In this document: piece after piece, positions 36,764-46,722 of the stretch
Layout of the letters: every line of letters begins with the position of its first letter
Numbering within the stretch: position 1 is the stretch's first letter
Virus record (IMG/VR): IMGVR_UViG_3300012926_000036
Coordinates: 2,520-66,519 of that record
From: a virus
Length of the DNA: 64,000 nt
Strand: one strand, 5' to 3'
Notes under the pieces: model-generated
What the model was told of the DNA's origin: nothing
The model's database searches: none
What the model saw: the letters and a program-made list of their open reading frames with translations, nothing else
Position numbers and translations under genes: made by a program

Positions 36764-38922
36764 AAATGTTGCTGGAGTTCAGTTCCTATATTATAAGCTT
36801 CTTGTTGCATTGCTATAAATGCAGGTTGCCAAGGAGCGAAATGAGGCAACTGCAAAAGCTGCGATGTTCTAGGTGCAGCTCTAGTCTGAACCGGTGATAA
36901 GCTAACTCCGTTAGCGTTCACTGTTCTTATCCTGTAAAAATTACCAACTTTAGACGTTACGAACGATGCGCTACCTGCCGTAATTACTTGAGATAATACA
37001 TTTTGCGTAAATGCAAAATCATCAGCTATATCAAGGTATAAATTGCACGCTTTTAATTCATTATTTGACCAAGCAACAATATTTCCAATTACCGTTAGAT
37101 TACTTACAGGCAATGGTGCACCACTTACAGTAGGAAAAGTTGTATTTAAATTCCACGTTGGCGTCCAAGAAATCGTAAATGACGTGCTGCCTTGAACAAT
37201 TGGTAACAGTATCCTACGATAATTCGGTAACGGGTTAGTGCCACTATCGTATCGATCGCCGCAATAAATAAACGCATTCCTACCAGGAATTATTAACACT
37301 TGGCAAGTCTGTGTATCATAAGAATTAGAAGGTGTCGCAGTCAATCCTGCTGCGATTTCACCTGCTGTTTGCGGTATCGTAGCAGCCTGAAACGGATTAT
37401 TACCTGCACTTGAATATGCTGCCCATGGACCCAGTGGCGAAGACGACCACTGATATGTGCAGGTATTAGGCGCGTAATTGCTCTGACCTGATTGCATCAG
37501 GAAATAACTACCAGGCCCATTAGTCCACATTGTAGCCGCTTCTCCGGCGCTACTTGTTGTCAAAGCATATGTGTTCGTCAAACTTTTAAAATCGGAGCTT
37601 AACCTAACCACCATCAAATCAGTATTACCATTGCATTCCGTAAGTAAATATCCGAAGCCGGTATTAGGATCGAGAAACGCGCTTGAGTCACCAATATCGA
37701 TATTTATACTTTGCCAGGTATCGTACAGATTCACCTGCACAAACGGTCCATCAGGAGAAGAAGAAACAAAACTTGCCTTACTGCTATTTGCGCCTATGTA
37801 ATTTCCCCACATTACATAGTTGTTATTAAGCGCATTGTATAACACGCATGGGCGAATAGCTATGTAAGGATAATGCGCAACGAATTGCCAGTTAAGTAGG
37901 TCGGCAGATTTATATATGTATAAATCTCCAACAGGCATCGTATCGTAATAATCGCCATACTTATACCAATATCCGCTCACCGGATCATACATTATCGAGC
38001 ATTCAAACTGATAAATCCTAAGCCCGGTAGTTACGTCAAATTGATCATCAATAGTATTCCATAAACCTCCTGACTGAATATAAAACTGTCGTACCACTAC
38101 TCGGCTACTAGCGCCACTCAGTATTGCCACCATGCTCAACGTTATTGATCCAGCTGGTATTACTATCTGTCCAGTATATAACGTTGACGCAACGGTTGGT
38201 ATAGAACCATCAATAGTATAATAAATAGATGCACCAGGGGTTGCGCATGACATCGTTGCCACAATCGGAAAATCGTAATGCCCTCCAACGGGTGTACACG
38301 CTGGACTCGCAACTGAACTGATATCAACTATGAAGCATACCCACGCAACGGAATTCGTTGACCCGAAAGTAGCGTGCACCGGCGAGCTACTAACAGAAAG
38401 TGCGTCCTCGGTACCATCCCAAAAACCAGCAGTTGCTCGTAGCGTGTAACCGCTGCCAGCACTCATGGTCGTAGAGGCACTCGCGAACGTGTATGAAAAA
38501 AGTAGTTCGTTAGCTGAAACTGGAGAAATGTTCGGGCTTGTAGGAGTATTGTTATTCCCTGTAACTCCAGCCGATCCGATCACGGCTACGGCATTAGCGT
38601 ATTCCAGAATAATAAACTCAACTAACGTTGTAGCCGCAGAAAATGTTACAGTTACGGTATTACCACCAGCAGCAGCGGCAGAAATTCCAAACGCTATATA
38701 TATAAACGACGTCCAGTTTCCGGACCCTACCTGACTTGCTACATAGTTATAAGTATTACCAGAGGTATCAGTAACTGAAATAGGATTTGCAGCGTTTATA
38801 GAAAAGCAAATAATATTACAATTACCTGCCGCCTGCACACCAGTGTATACTTGATGAACGGATAAGTTGCCTCCTCCGAAAGATCCACCTGTACTCGACT
38901 GAATATATGTCGGCGCAGCCAC
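36760..38922 (-). CDS. Multidomain protein: virion-type N-terminal domain, chitobiase/FN3-associated domain and GH43-like beta-propeller
   Basis: ATPGASIYYTIDGSIPT..STLYTG; YKSADLLNW, RPCVLYN....YVMW, GDSSAFLD, GEA, SPLGPW, YCGDRY. Confidence 0.75.
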   Translation of the reverse strand: MAAPTYIQSSTGGSFGGGNLSVHQVYTGVQAAGNCNIICFSINAANPISVTDTSGNTYNYVASQVGSGNWTSFIYIAFGISAAAAGGNTVTVTFSAATTLVEFIILEYANAVAVIGSAGVTGNNNTPTSPNISPVSANELLFSYTFASASTTMSAGSGYTLRATAGFWDGTEDALSVSSSPVHATFGSTNSVAWVCFIVDISSVASPACTPVGGHYDFPIVATMSCATPGASIYYTIDGSIPTVASTLYTGQIVIPAGSITLSMVAILSGASSRVVVRQFYIQSGGLWNTIDDQFDVTTGLRIYQFECSIMYDPVSGYWYKYGDYYDTMPVGDLYIYKSADLLNWQFVAHYPYIAIRPCVLYNALNNNYVMWGNYIGANSSKASFVSSSPDGPFVQVNLYDTWQSINIDIGDSSAFLDPNTGFGYLLTECNGNTDLMVVRLSSDFKSLTNTYALTTSSAGEAATMWTNGPGSYFLMQSGQSNYAPNTCTYQWSSSPLGPWAAYSSAGNNPFQAATIPQTAGEIAAGLTATPSNSYDTQTCQVLIIPGRNAFIYCGDRYDSGTNPLPNYRRILLPIVQGSTSFTISWTPTWNLNTTFPTVSGAPLPVSNLTVIGNIVAWSNNELKACNLYLDIADDFAFTQNVLSQVITAGSASFVTSKVGNFYRIRTVNANGVSLSPVQTRAAPRTSQLLQLPHFAPWQPAFIAMQQEAYNIGTELQQHL

Positions 38923-38949
38923 TTAAATAGAGTTCACAGACCTACATCA

Positions 38950-39195
38950 TTACAATTCTTTATTTTCCGGTACAGAACTTTCGATAACCTCAACTTCAGG
39001 ACCAAACTCGTGCTCGTAATGATGCGGAATCTGTGTAGAAACAGGTTTACGCAACCCGCTATCATGCACAGATCCTTCCGATCCTACTACTTCTTCAGTA
39101 GGAATCGTAAATTCGTGGATATAATTGTACGGCAACGGATTAGAGGGCGGTTTCGGTAACCCGCTCTCATGAATTCTCTCTTTTTGCTCTTCCAT
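38950..39195 (-). CDS. Small protein with an internal duplication
   Basis: IHESGLPKP...YIHEF and VHDSGLRKP...YEHEF. Confidence 0.5.
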   Translation of the reverse strand: MEEQKERIHESGLPKPPSNPLPYNYIHEFTIPTEEVVGSEGSVHDSGLRKPVSTQIPHHYEHEFGPEVEVIESSVPENKEL

Positions 39196-39201
39196 AAAAA
39201 T

Positions 39202-39432
39202 TTACATTGTTATTCCGATAAATGACAATAGCAGGAATAATATTATTAACGTGCCTACCACTATTATCATTACGCGCAAAAATTGGACCAACCACAGGAA
39301 CGGTGGACCAGGAGTCGGTAACTGAGCAATCGCCCAAATTAATAACCCGCACACAAAACAAACCACAAAAATCTTAATAACTAATACTACTAGCGCCCAT
39401 AACGAAAATGTTTGCGCAACTAGAACAAACAT
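39202..39432 (-). CDS. Small two-TM membrane protein (holin candidate)
   Basis: Two long hydrophobic segments separated by a Pro-rich turn. Confidence 0.5.
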   Translation of the reverse strand: MFVLVAQTFSLWALVVLVIKIFVVCFVCGLLIWAIAQLPTPGPPFLWLVQFLRVMIIVVGTLIILFLLLSFIGITM

Positions 39433-39434
39433 AT

Positions 39435-39848
39435 TTATCCCTCAACTAAATGCGGTTTATCTTCAGAATGCTTCATCTGCGCTGGTGCGGTTACCGGTTC
39501 CGTAGCGACAACCGGAGGAATAACTACAGCCAACTTAGCGTCATGTACCGCAATACTTTGCGCGTTCACGTTATGCATTGCCGTTAAATCATCCTTTACT
39601 TTAGAAATAGTTTCTTTCATGACCGGTACAACGTAATCTATCCGTTTCGTCACCGACGAGGCCACTTGCTCAATCTCTTGACTATCACCAGCATGCATGA
39701 GTCCTGACGATTGCAACGCTACAACTACGGCACCTGTAGCATACGTAATTACTTCTGGGCTAACACCGAACAAATGCAATACTACTGGAACAATAACTAA
39801 CGCGAGCATCGACGCTATTCCGTGCCAAGATGTTATCGGCGATTTCAT
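39435..39848 (-). CDS. Holin-like membrane protein
   Basis: MKSPITSWHGI start, two TM helices, hydrophilic tail. Confidence 0.5.
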   Translation of the reverse strand: MKSPITSWHGIASMLALVIVPVVLHLFGVSPEVITYATGAVVVALQSSGLMHAGDSQEIEQVASSVTKRIDYVVPVMKETISKVKDDLTAMHNVNAQSIAVHDAKLAVVIPPVVATEPVTAPAQMKHSEDKPHLVEG

Positions 39849-40114
39849 TACAACCCACCTTTCAAAAACGTGTTTGCGTCACTAACCGACTCAAATACCG
39901 CTACCGGCGAACCGCCCGCCATTAAGTACACTGGCCCAGTTCCCAGAATTGTCATTCCTTCTCCAGGCACTCCTATCCTTTGCCAATGAACACCTGCGTC
40001 TGTAGATGGATCATTCCCTGTACTAGCCAAAATACATTTGAACGACATACCGTTATAGCTAACAATATCGTTAACTACCCACGCTGTTGTATTATCCCAA
40101 GGTCCAGTAGCCAT
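39848..40114 (-). CDS. Small carbohydrate-binding (CBM5/12-like) protein
   Basis: W.....W...DIVSYNG..FKC.......P......W motif. Confidence 0.7.
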   Translation of the reverse strand: MATGPWDNTTAWVVNDIVSYNGMSFKCILASTGNDPSTDAGVHWQRIGVPGEGMTILGTGPVYLMAGGSPVAVFESVSDANTFLKGGL

Positions 40115-40121
40115 AACATTC

Positions 40122-40610
40122 CTATTTTACATCCTTACCAGTTATTGTCTGAACAAGCATACCTGATGCCGCTAATCTATCATCCTTACCTGACTCGTAT
40201 TCCTTATATTCATTTTCAGCTGCGATAGCAGCTAATTCAGCAACTCTAGCTACGCTCTTATCTTCCTCGTTATTAGTTCGTTTAGCATAGTTGGCTGACA
40301 TAACGGCGTGATTCCGTGCTAAAGCTGCCATATTCCTTAAAACTACACGCATATAACCATTTATTTGCGAAGTAGTTCTTTCCGATGTTTGTTTTAATAT
40401 AGATACACTAACCCTTAATTCGTTATCAACTGAGCTAATCCTATCTTTAACCTCAGCCATTAATGACGACGTTTTTTCGGCTATCCTGGTTCTCCTTAAC
40501 TCCCAAATCCTTTGCACCCATAACGAAAATAAAATAATTAATGGTGTAACGGCAGTAAAAAACGCCGTCCACATACTGCTCTCCATCTTTGTTTCTACAA
40601 CAGCGATCAA
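40122..40610 (-). CDS. Single-TM hypothetical protein
   Basis: N-terminal TM helix followed by a helical region. Confidence 0.5.
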   Translation of the reverse strand: MIAVVETKMESSMWTAFFTAVTPLIILFSLWVQRIWELRRTRIAEKTSSLMAEVKDRISSVDNELRVSVSILKQTSERTTSQINGYMRVVLRNMAALARNHAVMSANYAKRTNNEEDKSVARVAELAAIAAENEYKEYESGKDDRLAASGMLVQTITGKDVK

Positions 40611-40900
40611 TGCAGTTCTCCATCCCTAAATTGTTCCTCTTCAGTTTTATGTTTAGGCATAATGTTCGGACTTAACGCAGGCCTTGGTGACACCATAGGT
40701 AACGGACTAGGGCGTGGTATCGGAGTGGGAGACGGAGTAGTCGTAGGTTTAACGTCAGGTAATTGATGCACATTCTCCACACCTGTTCGATATCCATGCT
40801 TAACGCGATAATGTTTATGATAATATTTATTATGCACGTTCGTATTACTTGAGCACGCCACACATATTATAAACATTATTGCTCCTAAATAACATTTCAT
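40607..40900 (-). CDS. Putative lipoprotein
   Basis: MKCYLGAIMFIICVA-C lipobox-like signal; Pro-rich tail. Confidence 0.45.
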   Translation of the reverse strand: MKCYLGAIMFIICVACSSNTNVHNKYYHKHYRVKHGYRTGVENVHQLPDVKPTTTPSPTPIPRPSPLPMVSPRPALSPNIMPKHKTEEEQFRDGELH

Positions 40901-40904
40901 TAAA

Positions 40905-42278
40905 TTAACTGAAATTCACGAATTCAGGTCTGAAAATGTTCGTTGGTAAATGGACTTGGCCTACTAGTTGGCTATTCCATTGGCTCGGTTTGCAGACCAT
41001 CGCCCCGAAAACTGCGTCGGCTCGGTCAGGGGAGGAAACCCCACGCCCGCTTAAATCTTTCTTGCTCTCAATCTTGAGCCGCTGTTTCTGGTCGTACTCG
41101 CGCCGCCGGCTTGTTGCCTGTTCAATGAATGTTTTATCGTCCGGGATAATGATGTGTTGGCCGTTCCCGAGTCCGAACTCGATCATGTGCGCAGCTTTGA
41201 ACCAGATCTCGGACCCGCGATTCGCGTAATGCTCCGCGTCCTCAGACGGTAGACCGTTATTAACCTCGACAACCGGCCATCCGGCGTCCTTCAGGTTTTT
41301 GCACATAACGACCCCAAGGCCGCCAACGTCCGCAAAAATCTCTGAGGCGTGTAACCGGAGCCGTTTAAAGTGTTCAATAAATTCGCGGCACGCTTGCGTC
41401 GGGTCCGGGTTGCGCCAGGCTGCTATAATCTCGACCTTATTCCCGTCCCGAACCGCAATCACGTTCTCCGCGCCACCAGCCGCAAAATCGCAAAACGCCG
41501 ATCGACTCCCACGGTTATGGGTCAGTAATACCTGGCGTTCGAGTGCAGCATTGATTACGCGAAGCGGAATAGCGGCACCCGTCAAATCCTCAGCAAACTC
41601 GCTATCGTGCTTCATCGCGTACACCGCGCGGTCAAGCGTCACCCGATCAATAGAGCGTTGTTCATCGGTAATATGCGGGCAATCTGCGCTCTTGACTTTG
41701 CACGTCCAAAAGATCGATTTGAACTTGTTGAACGAATGATAGAAAAACCCTTGGGCTGGACAAGCAGACGAAAACTGGCCGTAAAATGTAGGCGTGCACC
41801 GACCTATACCTTGGAATTTTTCATCCGGGATCGCTTTAGCCTCATCAACGATAAACAAGAGCGGTATTCCGGCATCTAGATCCTGGTGCCACCCTTCAAG
41901 AGAATCAGGTTTATCGGTACTGAATCCGCGCGCAAACCCACCTTGAGGCGTTAGAATCTCGACCCTATTCCATGTCCACCCCTTGAAATAAGGAAGCCCT
42001 CTAAACCGTTCGAGGGATGGCCATACCGCAACCTCGATTTGTTGATATGTCCCGGATGTAACCGCAACACGACCAGCCGGCCAATTGTACAGGAACGCTA
42101 AAATCGCGGATGCTATTACTACGGATGATTTGCCGCCACCATTACAAACCAATGCCGAAACACGTTTGCGCTCTAGCGCAATCAAGATCCGCATCTGCCA
42201 ATCGTACAGCTTCAGCCCGAGATAGGCCGTTGCGAACAAGACAAACGGTACACGCGGTTTAGGGCGATTAAACGTCAT
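40905..42278 (-). CDS. terL: Terminase large subunit
   Basis: LYDWQ, Walker A CNGGGKS, Walker B FIVDEAK, nuclease FCDFAAGG, IFADVGGLG, SPDRADA. Confidence 0.9.
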   Translation of the reverse strand: MTFNRPKPRVPFVLFATAYLGLKLYDWQMRILIALERKRVSALVCNGGGKSSVVIASAILAFLYNWPAGRVAVTSGTYQQIEVAVWPSLERFRGLPYFKGWTWNRVEILTPQGGFARGFSTDKPDSLEGWHQDLDAGIPLLFIVDEAKAIPDEKFQGIGRCTPTFYGQFSSACPAQGFFYHSFNKFKSIFWTCKVKSADCPHITDEQRSIDRVTLDRAVYAMKHDSEFAEDLTGAAIPLRVINAALERQVLLTHNRGSRSAFCDFAAGGAENVIAVRDGNKVEIIAAWRNPDPTQACREFIEHFKRLRLHASEIFADVGGLGVVMCKNLKDAGWPVVEVNNGLPSEDAEHYANRGSEIWFKAAHMIEFGLGNGQHIIIPDDKTFIEQATSRRREYDQKQRLKIESKKDLSGRGVSSPDRADAVFGAMVCKPSQWNSQLVGQVHLPTNIFRPEFVNFS

Positions 42279-42434
42279 CTTTCTTTCAGAAGAAAGATGG
42301 TCCGCGCCCGGTAATTCCGTGCTCTGCGCGTCTGCTTCTAGGAGATCGAGAAAGGCTTACCGGTTAGCGCAGGCGCCAACCATTGAGACGCGGTGTACCA
42401 CGAAATATTGTGGAGCACAATTATTTTCTGCACA

Positions 42435-42791
42435 CTATGGCGTTTTTTGCTCCTCTTTATCCGAGCGCGCATGAAGCGCAATTGACGTGATATCTTTTCC
42501 GTCAACCCGGACAGCCGACACTTTCCTGGCACATAAATCGTCCCAAAAATCTAGAATACGCGGCCCGGAAATCAGGATTGTGCCGAACGCGCAATTGATT
42601 ACTAGCCCGCGTTGATCCGATAAATACACGCTCAACCCTAGGTGATGAAACATGAACCCGTAACAGTTGCCGTCGTCTGCCCAGAACCGAATAATCTCAT
42701 ATTCGCCAAGGTCCCACGCAGCCGATCGTCGCGGTTTAGCGTACTGTTCGCGGAGCGACGGATACAAAGGTTCAGATGTTGATATCGTCAT
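42435..42791 (-). CDS. Hypothetical protein coupled to the relaxase gene
   Basis: ATGA overlap with the relaxase stop. Confidence 0.55.
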   Translation of the reverse strand: MTISTSEPLYPSLREQYAKPRRSAAWDLGEYEIIRFWADDGNCYGFMFHHLGLSVYLSDQRGLVINCAFGTILISGPRILDFWDDLCARKVSAVRVDGKDITSIALHARSDKEEQKTP

Positions 42792-45592
42792 CGTTCAATC
42801 CCTTGCTCTTTGACAGGCCATCTGTTTTTCGTTGGGTGCGAAAACTGACCAAGTTTATATCCCAGCGCATATTCCCAGACTGATTTTCGATCCCCTGGTT
42901 TAAGTATCTGCTCTTTAAACGCTTCCTTGCAATCTGTATAAAATATCGCGCGGTGCGTTGCGCGACTCGCGAGAACATAAAACGTTTTCGCGTCCATCTC
43001 AGCGAACGATGAGAGGGGGCACAGCGCCACTACCTGGCGGACAGTGCGGCACTGTGTTGCATAGGATGTCAGGCAAACGCCCTGATCAATATGCAGAAAA
43101 TCGCGCGCCATTGAACGGCCATCGTCTAACGTTACCCGATCCGAATCAATGGCCGCAACCTTGGCGATATCGTTGTTCTTAAACGCTACCCCACGTTCCT
43201 TGAATCCATCTGTGATCCGCACCTGATCACCGACGCTGAGTTGCATTTCCGCAATGTCGTACACGTTCCATTTGCCTCTGGAATCTGGATCAAAGGTTTT
43301 TAGCACCCCTCTACGTTCAAGAATAAAATCCCCAAATCCGCGTACGTCTTTAATCACCCATTTCTCACCAGCTTTAAACCCGCCCTTGACCTTGGTATGA
43401 AACACAACGACGCGCCCCGTATGGTAATGCAACGGATCTTTGAGCTCCGGCCCATTAACGTTCACACGCGACAATCGCGTAACCATATGATCTTCTTTCT
43501 CGATCAACCCTTCGGCCTTTAACGTCTCCCGAATAATCGCCGTTACTTCGCGCGCCTCAGCGTGAACCGGGCTTGCTAAGATCGCAAGCTCTCCGACCCG
43601 AACCGCCGCCAAGTGCACATCCACCGCCTGCTGACGCATCTCGTGCTGGTCAACGGCCTCACGAATAGCACCATGATTTTCAAGCCGCGCGTACCCGATC
43701 TTGCGCCGGTCACCGCCAGCTTTCAAATCTTCAACCGTTGCTTTTAGATACGCAACCTTTGCCCGGTACGTCTCAGTTAATTGCACCGAACGCACCGCCC
43801 CAGAGTCCTGCATGATCCGAATTGCGTCACCGCGTTCTGGGCTAACGTGTTGATCCCTGTCACCGCACGTCACGAGCCGACATTTCTTTTCTTTGACGAA
43901 CGCTACGAGTCGGCACATCTGCGGCACCGACACCATTGACGCCTCGTCTAATACGATCACGGTCCCCGGCGTTATCTGCGCTCGCCAATCCGAATCAGAT
44001 TCGAATTTCTGGAGCGTCATAGCTTCCGGAAAATCTTTGTGCAGATTCTTTTCGGAGGCCGAGGTTGGCGCTAAAAGAATGACGCCATGGCGATTAGCGC
44101 GTAACCCCCATACCGCCTCCCTTAACATTGTCGTCTTACCGGCCCCCGCTATTCCGCTCACGTCCATCACCATGTCACACGAATTCCAAACAAATCTAAC
44201 CGCAGACGATTGATCCGGCGATGATCGCACCTGTTGATCTTGAATCTCCCATCCCGGTGCCAAAGCATTCCATAAATTCTGCTCCAACTTGCACGTCTCA
44301 AGCATCCGTTCTTCTTCACGTTTCACGGCTTCCGTCGTCACGTGTCCGTCGTTATCGAGATGAATGAACGCTGGCCCCTTAACAAATTCTAACGCTTCAT
44401 TAAACGTCATCGCCCCACCTGTTGCCCTCAACAGTTGTCCAGCAACGTCCAATTCGTGCACAACGGATGCCTGTTTAAACGCGGAATAAAGTACTTCTTC
44501 TTTTGCTTGGTCCGGTGTTCGCCAGTTGACCCGTGGTGCCGACGTTACCGCGTCCTGTTGCAAACTCGCCCGAATATCCGGTGTCATTTGCGCCCTCAAT
44601 TTTTCAAGTTTCTCTTCCATGCTGATTTTTACTTTGCCTTTTGCCAAGCGTTTGCCGAGTTCGTTCCGCACCTCGGTTTTCACTCGATCATAATCCAAAG
44701 TTTTGCCAAGTTTTGCCGCTGCGCGTATCCGGTACCGCGTTAAAGTTTCAATCCTGTCCCGATTTCCAAGTTCCTCTTTCAAAATTTCGTTGCGACGTTT
44801 GCAGAAAATATCTTTACCTTTAACACTCGTGATTTCGAAGCTGCGACCATCCGGCGTACGCTCGGTACCGATCCCAAGTTTCGTTAATCCGCGCTCAAGT
44901 TCGGACAGGAATAAGGCGTCAATTGTGTCGGCGTGTTTGATTACGTCGTGAAGTTCCACAGCCTTGAGTCGCTTCTCTACCGAGTCATGCGTCACGTTGA
45001 ATATGTAATTGTGGCTATGCCAAAGCGGGTCAGGAACGTTACTTCCAATTGGTCTAGCATCCCTGTGAATGACGCTGAAATATAAAATATTCTCCGTACT
45101 TCGATCATCATCACGGCCACCGAGACGAATCCGTGTCTTGGCTAACGATTCGGCAAAATCCATTGCATGCTGATTTGCCGCTACGCAAATCCGCTCAACT
45201 GTATCGGAAAATTCTCCCGGATTTTCAGCCATGACCACAGAAAGTGTCTTGGGAACATTGCACACCACGTCCATTCCAGTCCTGTGATTATCTACTGTCT
45301 TTAACTCTTTTTGACCCGTGTTTGCATTCACAATCCACTCTTGTCGTGTGCTATTTGTTCGCGGAGTCAAACGATCTCCTGTATCCGGATGCACGTTATT
45401 CTCAATCGATTTGAATTCTGAAAGTCCGATTTCGCGTTTCGATAAACCCAAGTATTCAAACGCCCTTCCGCGTAAAACCCCCATTCCGTTCGCGTAATAC
45501 TGAGATGCTGAAAGATGCTCCGAGAAATATGTAGCTGCCCCACTTGGCCCTACGCCGTTCTTAAATTGTTTGTGGCGAAGCATCGGATTCAA
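42788..45592 (-). CDS. trwC: MOBF (TrwC/TraI-type) relaxase-helicase
   Basis: N-terminal YF..L...YY, D...PK motif, HUH region HRDARP...PDPLWHSH; RecD-like helicase GIAGAGKTT, LAPT, VLDEASM, GDRDQH, TSYATQCRTV. Confidence 0.92.
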   Translation of the reverse strand: MNPMLRHKQFKNGVGPSGAATYFSEHLSASQYYANGMGVLRGRAFEYLGLSKREIGLSEFKSIENNVHPDTGDRLTPRTNSTRQEWIVNANTGQKELKTVDNHRTGMDVVCNVPKTLSVVMAENPGEFSDTVERICVAANQHAMDFAESLAKTRIRLGGRDDDRSTENILYFSVIHRDARPIGSNVPDPLWHSHNYIFNVTHDSVEKRLKAVELHDVIKHADTIDALFLSELERGLTKLGIGTERTPDGRSFEITSVKGKDIFCKRRNEILKEELGNRDRIETLTRYRIRAAAKLGKTLDYDRVKTEVRNELGKRLAKGKVKISMEEKLEKLRAQMTPDIRASLQQDAVTSAPRVNWRTPDQAKEEVLYSAFKQASVVHELDVAGQLLRATGGAMTFNEALEFVKGPAFIHLDNDGHVTTEAVKREEERMLETCKLEQNLWNALAPGWEIQDQQVRSSPDQSSAVRFVWNSCDMVMDVSGIAGAGKTTMLREAVWGLRANRHGVILLAPTSASEKNLHKDFPEAMTLQKFESDSDWRAQITPGTVIVLDEASMVSVPQMCRLVAFVKEKKCRLVTCGDRDQHVSPERGDAIRIMQDSGAVRSVQLTETYRAKVAYLKATVEDLKAGGDRRKIGYARLENHGAIREAVDQHEMRQQAVDVHLAAVRVGELAILASPVHAEAREVTAIIRETLKAEGLIEKEDHMVTRLSRVNVNGPELKDPLHYHTGRVVVFHTKVKGGFKAGEKWVIKDVRGFGDFILERRGVLKTFDPDSRGKWNVYDIAEMQLSVGDQVRITDGFKERGVAFKNNDIAKVAAIDSDRVTLDDGRSMARDFLHIDQGVCLTSYATQCRTVRQVVALCPLSSFAEMDAKTFYVLASRATHRAIFYTDCKEAFKEQILKPGDRKSVWEYALGYKLGQFSHPTKNRWPVKEQGIER

Positions 45593-46140
45593 TCAATTCT
45601 AAAGCTCGTTATTCCCGCCGCTTTCCTTTTTCGAAACTCCAAAGTCAATTCACGGCACTGGTACCACAGTTCGTTTTTCTCCATGTATTCCAAGACCTTT
45701 CTGGCGACATCAATAGAACCCATTTGCCCCTCCACTTTGTTGCACCTCTGGCAAATAACGCCGCGCATATGGTCTCCTTTATGGCAATGGTCGATAACTG
45801 GCGCAGTGCCCATTGTTCCTCTTCCAATGAACGCGATTCCACAACATTTACACTTCCCTCCCTGCATCTCTATAATCCCATCTACAATCTTTGAGCTAAT
45901 TCCGTACTTGCGCTTGTATGTAGCGTCCCTGTGTTCATCAGCCCTTCCGTGATACCACATCCGGTGACGTTCCCTGTTTTTATCTATGTCTTTTTCGTAA
46001 TATGCCTTTGACCGTGCGCACCAACACGGCTTGCATCTACGCGTTTTGTTGTAGAATTCCTTGACGCTTTTACGGATACCGCAAACACGACACACCTTTG
46101 TTCGTTCTACACCAAGATCCCAATATGTCGCTTCGATCAC
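45589..46140 (-). CDS. Endonuclease VII-type HNH (homing-like) endonuclease
   Basis: CRVC..K...FY...CKPC, KYGI, QGGKCKCCG, IDHCH...RGVICQRCN. Confidence 0.85.
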   Translation of the reverse strand: MIEATYWDLGVERTKVCRVCGIRKSVKEFYNKTRRCKPCWCARSKAYYEKDIDKNRERHRMWYHGRADEHRDATYKRKYGISSKIVDGIIEMQGGKCKCCGIAFIGRGTMGTAPVIDHCHKGDHMRGVICQRCNKVEGQMGSIDVARKVLEYMEKNELWYQCRELTLEFRKRKAAGITSFRID

Positions 46141-46193
46141 CGGTTTTTCTAACGTTCAGATTTTAGGACAAAAAGTCATTACCCAGAACTCTC

Positions 46194-46210
46194 CTTACGC
46201 TTCGCGTAAG
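46194..46210. other. Perfect hairpin CTTACGC-TTC-GCGTAAG in the intergenic gap upstream of the relaxase; candidate oriT element
   Basis: 7-bp inverted repeat; the minus strand contains GCGAAGC; TTGACA at 46225-46230 nearby. Confidence 0.4.
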
Positions 46211-46249
46211 ATTCGAAATACACCTTGACATTATTCCTCTCGAATAGTA

Positions 46250-46441
46250 ATGATGTCAAATATGAAACCTCAAAAATACGAAGTTCTGGTGCCAGGTGAT
46301 CTCCGGGGAACCAAGGAATGGATCAAATGCAAGATCGCCAGGGAAGTTAATCAAGGATTTTTGCACTATGAACTCAAAGACGGAACGAACGGGCTAGCCA
46401 AGCCAGGCACTTGGAGATGCTTCGAATTCGGGCGCGTATGA
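46250..46441 (+). CDS. Hypothetical protein
   Basis: Plus-strand ORF after a TTGACA box. Confidence 0.45.
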   Translation: MMSNMKPQKYEVLVPGDLRGTKEWIKCKIAREVNQGFLHYELKDGTNGLAKPGTWRCFEFGRV

Positions 46442-46722
46442 AATCATCAGGTTTTTCGATCACCTTCTGTTTAGCGTGGCTTATCACGGTTGCTGCCGTG
46501 ATTATAACGGTCGCAATGTTTGGCGAATCGGCCAAAGGGCCTGCCATCATCATGGCTGCTGAAGTTTTAACCATCGCTTCAGTAGCGTTGCTGATCATCG
46601 TTCCGATGATCCTGTTATCTATGCTGCGCAACACCCGGCGATCAGCCGATTATCTGCAAGAACTTGTTGAACGCCAAATAATAAACGGGGCGCCAAAGCC
46701 GTCGAGCAAAGTAATTAACTGA
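46438..46722 (+). CDS. Two-TM membrane protein, opposite in orientation to the conjugation genes
   Basis: Two hydrophobic helices; ATGA overlap at 46438-46441. Confidence 0.55.
   Translation: MKSSGFSITFCLAWLITVAAVIITVAMFGESAKGPAIIMAAEVLTIASVALLIIVPMILLSMLRNTRRSADYLQELVERQIINGAPKPSSKVIN

Larger units (their letters stand above)
9852..42278 (-). mobile_element. Siphovirus-like phage morphogenesis and lysis module with Mu-like head genes
   Basis: Co-oriented terL, portal, protease, capsid, connector, tube, chaperones, tape measure, hub, NlpC/P60, tip and fibre genes; no sheath gene. Confidence 0.9.
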
